A stretch of 44,226 bases of DNA from Stramenopiles sp. TOSAG23-3 (lineage: Eukaryota): contig LT642175.1 in assembly GCA_900128585.1 (NCBI GenBank), positions 1 through 44,226 of the forward strand, given 5' to 3'. Each line of letters starts with the position of its first letter. Within the stretch, counting starts at the first letter, position 1. The notes under the pieces were generated by a model. That model saw only the letters and a list, made by a program, of their open reading frames with translations, was not told the origin of the DNA and made no database searches. The translations under genes were made by a program, and so were the position numbers. Below, piece after piece: positions 10,205 through 19,500 of the stretch.

Positions 10205-11614
10205 TTATTTGTTACACTCGCCGTCGTCCTTTGGGGAGAACGGGAATCGGAACGGCCGCTGCCCCACATTTATTCTAACCATTTCGTCTTTTTCCAAAGA
10301 AAGCGCAGGGTAAACCCCGGGCTTCAGCTTGTCCACAGGAACTTGCATGGACCCCAAAAGGCTTCCGTTTAAGAAAAACTTTAACGATCCCTCCTTTGCA
10401 TTAATGAAACAGCCAACAATGTCGTTTTCTTTCCAGCATGATTCTGAATTACCAAATGGTGACGTTTCTCCGGAATGCCACAGCTTTTTGCGTTTGCCAT
10501 CATACCCCCACGAATTCGCGTCATCTCCCACCCCGTCCCCATTCGCATCGTCCCCTACGAATAACGTAGTCGCCCATCCGATTTGCATAATGCCGTTCGA
10601 AACCAGCTCTACTTCGTAAAACTTACAACCGTCGTCCACACTAGCCCACAGCACCCCCGCCGTTCCGTAATTACTGCACCCCTGGACCTCTCCCGTTTCC
10701 CCAAGTGCCAGCTCGCCGCGCAGGCATGAAACAATGACCTTTCCCGCCGTTCCAACAGCGCCAGCTGGCTCTGCAGTCCCTGCAGATTCCCCTGACGCAA
10801 TGGCCCCTTCCGTGCGTTTCTTCTTCTTTCGCTTCTTACGACGAAACCCGGCAAGGACGGCAGATGCCACGTCGTTGGCCCCAGCTTCTGAGAAACTTCC
10901 AGCGGAGGGCCCCAGAACGGCACTACTTGAACCCCCAACGCGAGATTGGATGCCTGACCCGCTTCCCGCCTTCCCACCTTCCCTTCGGTCGCCTTTGTTC
11001 ATGGGCCTCTTTCGTTTTTGACTCGACGATCCAAACATACCAGACCACTTTGGGACCTCCCCATGCCATCCCTCGATACCAGACGATGCCCCCGCTTCAA
11101 ACTCCTGAAACGCCTGCTTCGCCGCCGACCCGAAGCCTTTGCTTTTCTTCTTGTTGTTTCCGTCTTGGGTTTTGTTCTGGTCGCGCTTTAACTTGTTCCA
11201 TTTTTGCAGGTTCTTTTCGTCGTTGACGTGCCGCAGCCTCCGCCCGTTTAAGTCCCTGCACGATCCAAAATTGGTAACCTTCTTGCCCGTGCGCTTGCGT
11301 CCCTCTTGCTTTAGCAAGGCCCCAAACCCACCTTTGCCGCCTATCAGTCCACCCCTTAAGTAGCACCGAATGTCCAAGTGCGTGGACTCCGACTGCTGCT
11401 GCTTCAGCAGGTCCACTGTTAGGGGGCTAAGCCCGACGCAAAAGCGGACAGACTTCGCCGGAAGACCCATGGCTGTTGGAAAAGCGGACCTCAAACGACC
11501 GGCCAAGTAAGCGTGCAGGGCGCCATCATTCTCGTAAATACCAGACGCCGTGCCAGGCAATCCGAAGGCCTGGGCCTCCTTGCCACAATAATGCAAGTGA
11601 GCTTGAAACTCCAT
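10205..11614 (-). CDS. SDE2: SDE2 homologue (ubiquitin-like N-terminus, GG-KGG cleavage site) with C-terminal SPRY domain
   Basis: GGKGGFGALL...TNFGSCRDLNGRRLRHVN is the Sde2 signature; FYEVELVSNGIMQIGWA..GVGDDANSWGYDG..DIVGC..FFLNG..YPALSL..NVGQRPFRF is a SPRY domain. Confidence 0.9.
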   Translation of the reverse strand: MEFQAHLHYCGKEAQAFGLPGTASGIYENDGALHAYLAGRLRSAFPTAMGLPAKSVRFCVGLSPLTVDLLKQQQSESTHLDIRCYLRGGLIGGKGGFGALLKQEGRKRTGKKVTNFGSCRDLNGRRLRHVNDEKNLQKWNKLKRDQNKTQDGNNKKKSKGFGSAAKQAFQEFEAGASSGIEGWHGEVPKWSGMFGSSSQKRKRPMNKGDRREGGKAGSGSGIQSRVGGSSSAVLGPSAGSFSEAGANDVASAVLAGFRRKKRKKKKRTEGAIASGESAGTAEPAGAVGTAGKVIVSCLRGELALGETGEVQGCSNYGTAGVLWASVDDGCKFYEVELVSNGIMQIGWATTLFVGDDANGDGVGDDANSWGYDGKRKKLWHSGETSPFGNSESCWKENDIVGCFINAKEGSLKFFLNGSLLGSMQVPVDKLKPGVYPALSLEKDEMVRINVGQRPFRFPFSPKDDGECNK

Positions 11615-12020
11615 TGAATGAGAGAGGAGATGGAAAGATAGATAAAAAGGTAGGGACCGATTTTGTCCTTGTGGCGTATTATGGCTATCCTGCGTAATAA
11701 TACAGTGAAAATAAATTATTATGATTTTCTTTCATTCTTTCCACTGTCGTTGGTTTCCCTGTTTCACTTTTCTTTTCCCCAACCGGACGGACCACCATCC
11801 AATCCAATCCAACCCAAAAAAAAAACATCTTCCTTCCTTCCTTCCTCCTTTCCTCCTCTTCTATTTTTATTATTATACCTACTACTACTAGCTACTACCA
11901 GCAGTATTATTATGTATATAAATAATAATAATAAAAAATGTATAAAATATTGATGACCTCATCATTCTATTGTACTGCTATATTATAATATAACACATCA
12001 CCACCATTGAGTTTGTTTGA

Positions 12021-12113
12021 GAAAAAAAGAAGAAAGAAAAAAAGAAGAAGAAAAAATAAAAAAAGAAGAAGAAAGAAAAGAAAGAAAAGAAAGAAGAAGA
12101 CAAGAAGAAGAAG
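12021..12113. repeat. GAA/AAAG purine tract
   Basis: Read directly from the sequence. Confidence 0.85.
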
Positions 12114-12415
12114 ACCCCATCCATCAAATAATGGTCGGTGGTGATGGAGTTAGGTTTACAATTTAGATATATATTATATATAATATAATAATAGCACTGA
12201 ATTGTATTGAATGGTGTCTAGCCCTGTGTTATAAATGTTATATACGAATAGTGAGTCATTAATAGTAGGAAGAGAGTACAAGAAAGGAAGGTGAAATTCG
12301 ATTGTCTTTTATCAGCGTTTACATAGTAACTATAGTTAAAGTACATTAAAGTAAAAACACACCACCACACTATCAGATGTATAAAAATTAATATTTTATA
12401 TACAAATACCTCCTT

Positions 12416-12554
12416 TTTTTCTTCTCTTCTTCTTCTCTTCTTCTATCTTTTATCTTCTTCTTTCTTCTCTTCTTTTTTCTTCTTCTTCTTCTTCTTTCTT
12501 CTTCTTCTTTTCTTTCTTCTTCTTCTTCTTCTTCTTCTTCTTTTTTTTCTTCTC
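12416..12554. repeat. CTT pyrimidine tract
   Basis: Read directly from the sequence. Confidence 0.85.
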
Positions 12555-12750
12555 GAAAGCCGGGCGGGGGGACGGGCTGTATGTGGTACGGCGGTACTCT
12601 AATCTGATCAACAATTTTTTATTAATGAAAGAGGAGGTAAAAGGTTTTTTTCAGCAAATTTTCGACAGTTTAATTGAAAAGAGAAACAGAAGAAAAAGAA
12701 GAAGAAGAAAAAGAAGAAGAAGAAAAACAAGAAAAAGTTACTCACCCACC

Positions 12751-14382
12751 ATGAACTTTTCGTTGCTTTCTCGAAACTTCGGTGTAGTTCGCCATGGTCA
12801 CCCTGGACGTTGCATTGCTCGCTCCTTGGCTTCTTCAAGTGGGCCTACGCCTACACAAATAAAGACAGCATTTATGAAAGATTTGGAAGAAGAGAAACAA
12901 GCTGCCCTCCTTGGCGGCGGTGAAAGGCGGGTCGAAAACCAGCACAAGAAAGGGAAGCTGACTGCCCGGGAAAGGTTGGAGCTGCTGCTTGATGACGGAT
13001 CCTTCCGAGAGTACGACATGTACAAAAGTCACCGTTGCACCGATTTTGGAATGGGGGAGGAACAATACCCAGGCGACGGGGTGGTAACCGGCCACGGTTT
13101 GATCAATGGGCGACCGTGCTATGTCTTTTCCCAGGACTTTACCGTGTTTGGCGGAAGTCTTTCAGAAACGCACGCCGAGAAAATTATGAAAGTAATGGAC
13201 AAAGCCATGCTCACGGGCACGCCTGTCGTCGGCCTCAACGACTCCGGCGGCGCGCGTATCCAAGAGGGGGTGGCATCGCTAGGAGGCTACGCGGACGTGT
13301 TCCAAGCAAATGTGCTCGCGTCCGGGGTGATTCCGCAGATCTCAATGATTATGGGCCCGTGTGCCGGTGGGGCTGTGTACTCCCCTGCCATGACCGATTT
13401 TATTTTCATGGTCGAAGACACTTCGTACATGTTTGTAACGGGCCCGGACGTCGTGAAGACGGTGACGCACGAAGAGGTGACCCAGGAGGAGCTTGGGGGG
13501 GCCAAGACGCACACCTCCAAAAGTGGGGTTGCCCATGGATCGTTTGCGAACGACGTCGAGGCAATTCGCCAATTACGGCGGTTCTACGAGTTCCTACCAT
13601 TGAACAACACCGAAGGCCCCCCGGTAAGAGAAGATGCGTCGGATTCCCGCTCTCGCGAAGTTCCGCTGCTCCAGAACATTGTCCCCGACGACCCCAACGT
13701 GCCCTACGACATGAAGACCATTGTCCACGGGGTGCTGGACGATGGTGATTTTTTTGAAATCATGAAAGACTATGCGAAAAACATCATTGTAGGTTTTGGC
13801 CGCATGGAAGGGAAAACTGTAGGTGTTGTCGGGAACCAGCCGAGCGCTTTGGCCGGCTGCCTGGACATCAACGCAAGCACAAAGGCGGCACGGTTCGTCC
13901 GATTTTGCGATGCTTTCAACATCCCCATCGTCACCTTCGTTGACGTCCCCGGGTTTCTTCCAGGAACGGCCCAGGAATACTCCGGCATCATCCGCCAAGG
14001 GGCGAAACTGCTGTACGCGTACGCGGAAGCGACGGTGCCAAAAATTACCGTCATTACTAGAAAGGCGTACGGTGGCGCGTACGACGTCATGGCGTCAAAG
14101 CATTTGCGCGGCGACGTGAACTATGCATGGCCAGGCGCGGAAATCGCAGTTATGGGAGCTAAAGGTGCGGTTGAAATTATTTTTCGTGGTAAAAATATTG
14201 AAGAGAATACCTTGGAATATTCTAAAAAGTTTGCCAATCCAATGTCGGCAGCCCGGCGCGGGTTCGTTGACGATATAATCGATCCGCAGACTACGCGCAC
14301 GCGTATTTGCGAGGACCTTGAAATTTTAGAAAACAAGAAACTGGAGAACCCGTGGAAGAAGCACGGTAACATTCCTCTTTAA
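12751..14382 (+). CDS. PCCB: Propionyl-CoA carboxylase beta chain, mitochondrial
   Basis: [69 protein letters not shown] and the KKHGNIPL terminus; presequence-like start at ATG 12751 (CACC ATG). Confidence 0.97.
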   Translation: MNFSLLSRNFGVVRHGHPGRCIARSLASSSGPTPTQIKTAFMKDLEEEKQAALLGGGERRVENQHKKGKLTARERLELLLDDGSFREYDMYKSHRCTDFGMGEEQYPGDGVVTGHGLINGRPCYVFSQDFTVFGGSLSETHAEKIMKVMDKAMLTGTPVVGLNDSGGARIQEGVASLGGYADVFQANVLASGVIPQISMIMGPCAGGAVYSPAMTDFIFMVEDTSYMFVTGPDVVKTVTHEEVTQEELGGAKTHTSKSGVAHGSFANDVEAIRQLRRFYEFLPLNNTEGPPVREDASDSRSREVPLLQNIVPDDPNVPYDMKTIVHGVLDDGDFFEIMKDYAKNIIVGFGRMEGKTVGVVGNQPSALAGCLDINASTKAARFVRFCDAFNIPIVTFVDVPGFLPGTAQEYSGIIRQGAKLLYAYAEATVPKITVITRKAYGGAYDVMASKHLRGDVNYAWPGAEIAVMGAKGAVEIIFRGKNIEENTLEYSKKFANPMSAARRGFVDDIIDPQTTRTRICEDLEILENKKLENPWKKHGNIPL

Positions 14383-14673
14383 AAGTGTTTTGTCGAAAGA
14401 AAACACCCCACCGCGGGTTGCACAACTTTTTAGCTCGCGTCGAGCTTCGTTGAAAGTTCAGAAGGTATGCGGGTAAGATCTTAATTCGCACTTTACGTGA
14501 CACCGAGAAGAAGCATTTATAAATCGCGGTAACCGTAATTTTAGTGTTTGTACTTCTTCGTAATTAGTAAAAGCAGTTTGTCAGTATGATAGTGCGTTTT
14601 TTTTATTTTTAAAATTTATATTCGATTACGCACACTAACCCAAACGACCCTCTCCCGATACTCCAACCCAGAA

Positions 14674-14886
14674 ATGGCAAATTCCCTGTCTGGTTTGCAA
14701 GAGATTAGAAAACGAGCGCCTCCAAAACATTCACGACGCTGCTTGGAAATTCACACAGGGGCCATTTCACTTTTGAGTGAGGCACCGGATGAGGAAGTTG
14801 ACTACGGGTCATTTGACATCGACGCAAATCCAAATACCGATTCGGATCATACACGGAGTACACCTGAGAATGATAGTCAAGACTAA
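14674..14886 (+). CDS. Possible small acidic-tailed ORF or exon (70 aa)
   Basis: ATG preceded by a CACTAAC branch-like box (14633-14639), a pyrimidine-rich stretch and CAG (14669-14671). No recognisable domain; its 3' end overlaps the dispersed repeat. Confidence 0.3.
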   Translation: MANSLSGLQEIRKRAPPKHSRRCLEIHTGAISLLSEAPDEEVDYGSFDIDANPNTDSDHTRSTPENDSQD

Positions 14887-15017
14887 GTGTATATATTGAT
14901 TAAAAATCACCGGAGCAGAGGAGCAGATGTAATGGACAAAAGGAGCAAATTCAATTTCGCGGTACATGAGGAGAATAAATTTTAATTACTTCAACAACAG
15001 CCAATCTTTTGTTAAAA
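14863..15017 (-). repeat. Dispersed 3'-gap repeat, long copy A
   Basis: Reverse complement of 14930-15010 aligns without gaps to 28231-28311 (69/81 identical by hand count); gapped similarity continues to about 14863. Confidence 0.9.
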
Positions 15018-15123
15018 TGTATACACCAAAGGCCAAACGTTTTCACGTGTGCCTAAATCATACAGACGTACGTACACCAACCCACATGTTTCTACAGGAA
15101 TTAAACGTTTTAGAAATCCCGGG

Positions 15124-16056
15124 TCAAATGACCAAAAGTTCTCGCAGTAAATTTTGCGCGATAAAACATGCCTCGGGGGTACCAAACAGCTTAAAATGTC
15201 TCAATCCGTCAACTTCCTCCCCGGAGAAGATCAATTTGGCCCCGCTGGTACTTTCTAGGTGCTGCAGTCTCTTCCCGTATTTTCCAATCACTTTTCCTAC
15301 CATATTTGCCTGCAGCTGCCCCTGAAACTGATAAAAACTGTCGCTATTTATATGACAGGAAGGCGGGTATACAAACCCATATCCGAAACCTTCTGCCCCC
15401 CAACTGTCCTTGTTCCCGCCATTTACAATTACAGAACCGTCGGAGCACGTCTCTGGGGTTGAATACTTCGTAGAATTTGTAAACGATATGCGAAGGATCA
15501 AAACCACTGCCTGCGTAATCGATTCAACATCACCGTAAACATGAAAAATAGCCTCGAGCCCAGAGTCGGGAGTAACTTGAATTTCTGCTCCTGAAACCCG
15601 CTTGATTGCTTTTATACTCTTTCCTTGCTTTCCTATTATTGCACCTACATGTGTACTTGCGACTATCAATTTAAAATGCAGATGCTTTTTTGTGCCTTTT
15701 CTCCCTTTCCTCGTGCACGTGTAATCTTCCACCGTCGCTCCTATTGCACTTACAGCGCTTGCCACTGAGTGCCAGCTGCCTGACAACTTCAGTACTCGTT
15801 CGCCCCGGGAATAGCGTTGCTGCACCCTCTGGGAGACACTTAAATTTGTGCCGGTGGCAGCTTCGAGCGACCTTATATTTACACCATTTTGACCCTTAAT
15901 AGCACCAACAACATAGTCCTGCAGTAAAAGTTTTGCCTCAACCGTTGTGTCTTTTGGGAACCCATTTTCTGAAAGAAATATAGCCAGACTGCTCGGCAGA
16001 CTATCGTTGCGCTGGCTAGCTGGGACAAACGGTTTCGAGCTAGCATCCAGCTGCAT
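15124..16056 (-). CDS. Triple KH-domain RNA-binding protein with N-terminal PAM2-like motif
   Basis: Three GxxG-loop regions (VGAIKGQNGVNIR, VGAIIGKQGKSIK, VGKVIGKYGKRLQ); begins MQLDASSKPFVP. Start chosen at ATG 16056; the frame is open upstream into an N gap. Confidence 0.85.
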   Translation of the reverse strand: MQLDASSKPFVPASQRNDSLPSSLAIFLSENGFPKDTTVEAKLLLQDYVVGAIKGQNGVNIRSLEAATGTNLSVSQRVQQRYSRGERVLKLSGSWHSVASAVSAIGATVEDYTCTRKGRKGTKKHLHFKLIVASTHVGAIIGKQGKSIKAIKRVSGAEIQVTPDSGLEAIFHVYGDVESITQAVVLILRISFTNSTKYSTPETCSDGSVIVNGGNKDSWGAEGFGYGFVYPPSCHINSDSFYQFQGQLQANMVGKVIGKYGKRLQHLESTSGAKLIFSGEEVDGLRHFKLFGTPEACFIAQNLLRELLVI

Positions 16057-16236
16057 TTTGTCCCAAAAAAGCTTGGCTGTACGAACACGAACCAAAACGA
16101 ACTCACTGGTTTTAGAAATGCCAGGGCTTTCGAAACGGTTCTTTGGCAGTCCCTGCTTTTCCAATCGTTTCAGTGTTCCTAGTGGTATTTTCAATTTATT
16201 TGTTGTTTTGTTGTTTGTTGTTCTAATACTTGCTTT

Positions 16237-16272
16237 NNNNNNNNNNNNNNNNNNNNNNNNNNNNNNNNNNNN
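16237..16272. other. Assembly gap (36 N)
   Basis: Run of N in the sequence. Confidence 1.
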
Positions 16273-16559
16273 TATTACTAAAACTACCCCGGGCGGCTTT
16301 TTTTCGAGTGAGTGTGTACTGCTCCCGGTCCCCTGCCTGTACCTTTGTATTTTGTCTATTAACACCGCATCAATATCAAACAGGTCTAAAGAAAGAAAAA
16401 AAGAAGAAAATGAAGAAGACGAAGACGAAGACCTGAGTGTAATATCTCTCGATGAATGATATATATACGAGGAGTAGTAGGGATATATTTTTACAAATTT
16501 AAAATATTATTATATATATAATTGTAACCACAGTATCATTTCCATTGGCTCACTATTCT

Positions 16560-19500
16560 TTAATTACAAAAGCCATGTAAAAACAACGAAGAATCAAAAT
16601 CCAAGCAAACTGTGTCGAAGTAATGGGAAAATCGTCTTTTCTTTGAAATTTTCCGTCGCATATTCTCTAGCATATTCATTTTTCGAACTATTCCAGCATA
16701 GAGAAGCACATTGTGTCGGCAGAAACTCCCTGGTGCCACCCCTACGGTTCGCAATGGCAAGGAACCCTCCATGGTCTCAACAAGCTCTTTGCCCCTGGAT
16801 TGGGCCTTGTAGAACAATGCGTTGCTTGGCTCAACTCCTGCCAAGTTCAACAACGCAATTTCCTCGTTCCAAATCGCGTGTCCTTTTACGGTATTTTCGT
16901 GCAGTGCATAGGGTTCTGGTTCCCGTTTTGCAAACAACTGAAAATCTGCTAATTGGGCACCGCGTAAACTACGGCCAATATGTTCGCCCAGCACGTCTTC
17001 GTTGCGAGGCTCAGTCCTGACCATTGGGTTTTCGTGCCAGGCCCTTGGATTTTGGAGAAGCCCCCACTCTTGGCGAAATGTTTTTCCCTCGGGGCCTTGG
17101 CACGTCTCTCGCCTTGGCCGTGACACAATGTCAACGAACGACATGGACTCATAAAACTGGACGAGCTTGTTCAGTTCAGTGGCAGAATCGCTGCCTTTGC
17201 TGGCGTCAGCCGCCGTTGTGGCGTCCTTCGTTTCGCTGCCCGCAGTGGTACCAGGCACCGGCGTTAGAAATTCATACTGTGCGATTCTTTCCCCCGGTGA
17301 CAAAATGTAGTTCGTTGGTGGGCTGGCGCTGAAAAAGTTCTGGCAGACGACTACCATTGGTCGTTTTGCTTTCTTTATGATTTTTCCAGTGGCGGCGAGT
17401 GATTTTGAATGGACACAAACCCCATTCACATGCGTCAAATACCACCCTGGGGAAATTATTGTGTTCTTCATTTTCGAACCTGTAAATCTATCATTTGATA
17501 TTCCCTCGATTTTCAGTCCATCTTCATTGTCTGTTTCTAGCAAAGTTAATCCTAGCGGGCCACGCCCTTCAAAGCGAACTTCTACCGATTGGTGCCTGCG
17601 CGCTGGGAGAAGGCTAGGAACCGTTTCCTCTTGTTCCTGCGCATCAATGGGCAAGGCACCATGGTATTCAGGGCATTCGGCGACCGCGTCTAGGTCCAGT
17701 GCCGGCCCCAGGTCCTTTCCGAACAACGTGCCAAACATCCGGAGGCTAAAGGGGTCAATTTCCAAGTCTATGATGGTATTAAGTTCCCTGAAAAACTGTA
17801 AAAATTCAATCGAACCTTCCGCTCCGGGGTCTTCTGTCTCTTTTGTGCGACGGAAAAACTCCTCAACCGGCAACTGTGCCCCTTCGGGTAAGTTTAAAAC
17901 AGGCTTTAACGAAACTTTGGAATTGGATTTCCCCCAAAATTGAAGAGTAAGAATGATTCTTCGAAGATCGCAGTGAAACAAACAGGTCATAAGATACAAG
18001 TTGACTACATCAAATTTCAAGCCCTCGGCCACGCATACCAAGTGAGCTTCCTGGAGCACCTCTGAAACTGGCATCTTGGCGAACGGGATGGTTTTGATTT
18101 TCATGTTGGAAAGCTTTTCGGTGATCGTGTTTGCAGTCAATATAATTGGCCGCTTGCTCCGTTTGGCCAGGTTCTGCACGGCAGAAAAAAATCCACGGTC
18201 CCCGGCGTCTTCGAACATTGCTACGTTGTCGACTTCTTCAAACAAAATGATCGACGATTTACTGGCGTGCGACTTTTGCTCAGCTTCTTTCCCCGCGCGC
18301 TGCTTGGCGTTTGAGTTGCGCTTCTTTGCCACTTTGCGTTTCTTGGGTTCGGGGGGCAGGCTGCTGTCAGAAACCTTTGCAGGATCGGGCGCTCGGATAC
18401 CAGGTAGTCGATGGGACTGCGTGGCCTCTCCAAACAATTGCAAAATTTTAGAGCGTCCGCGAGTCGAGCTGGCATTCACTTCAATAACTTCGTACCCTAA
18501 CTCCGCAGCGCAGGCGTATACAGCCGCACTTTTCCCCGCCCCGCAAGGCCCAACCATAAGCACAATTGAGCTGTTTTCTTCCTCTTCGTCCGAGTCGGAG
18601 TCGTAATAGTAGTCCCACGAACTACAGCTGGATTCATCGCGTGTTTTTTGAAAATCTTTCAACCATGACACAAGTGACGATGCAGCAAAGGCGTTTCCGC
18701 ATACCTCTGAGGAGCGCATAGGGCGGTACTTGTGCGACCACATGTCGTCGGAGCGGGAGTTATTTCCGCGCCCACCGTTCGGTGGGGGGTCGGCCTTCTC
18801 TGCCGAAACCACCTTGCGGCTTTGAAGCTTCTTTTCGATGGCAGTTCGGGCCAATTTAAAGGTTTGCCCCCGCGACACGGCCGGCAGGGCCTCGACCTTT
18901 CGCATACTATTGGCAAACAAAAGCATTTGATCTAGCTGGCGTTGTACATCTTCCCGTTCAAGGTACACCGGGATTTCCCCTAACGTGGTCGGCAGAGCGT
19001 CCTGTGCAACCTCCGGCACGGCCTGGTTGCCCTTACCCTCCTCCCCGAGGATGGACGCGATCTCTAGTTTTTCGTCAAACCACCTGCACAGTGGGATGCC
19101 GGCCGCATCCCCCGCCGTGTCAAAAGGGGGTTCTGGGGTCTCCAACAGCGTGCCCTGCGGAACGGATACCTTTTCGGCCGGTCGTTCTTTGCTGATCAGA
19201 ACTTTGCCTAATTCGGGGTGGTAGCAGAACGAGGGGTCGGTGAGGCTCCAACTCACGGGCCTTGGCAACAGAGACTCGTTTTGCACCGACGGCAGCCCCG
19301 CTTTCGCGCTATTGTCAACGACGGAGGCTGCTTTCTTTCGAGCGGCCTGCGACCGATCGGCCACAGTCTTAAAAAATGGGTTTATTGCCTTTCCTGCAAA
19401 GAAATTTGCGTGATCCTGCCGCTGCTTCATTAGATCTTTTCTAAGCGTCTCCTGGGCCGTCCGAGCGACAGACTCGCGCCGTTTCCTTTTCAAAATGGCC

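Noticed and set aside
12583-12750. 56-aa N-terminal extension of PCCB in the ORF track
   Set aside because: Begins at GTG and reads through a GAA tract; ATG 12751 gives a proper mitochondrial presequence.
16057-16365. N-terminal extension of the KH protein across the N gap
   Set aside because: No ATG, low-complexity sequence, and the frame across a gap is unverifiable.
16544-16550. ATTGGCT next to the ATAD5 stop as another copy of the dispersed element
   Set aside because: Only 7 nt match, the flanks do not align and the orientation is opposite to the other copies.
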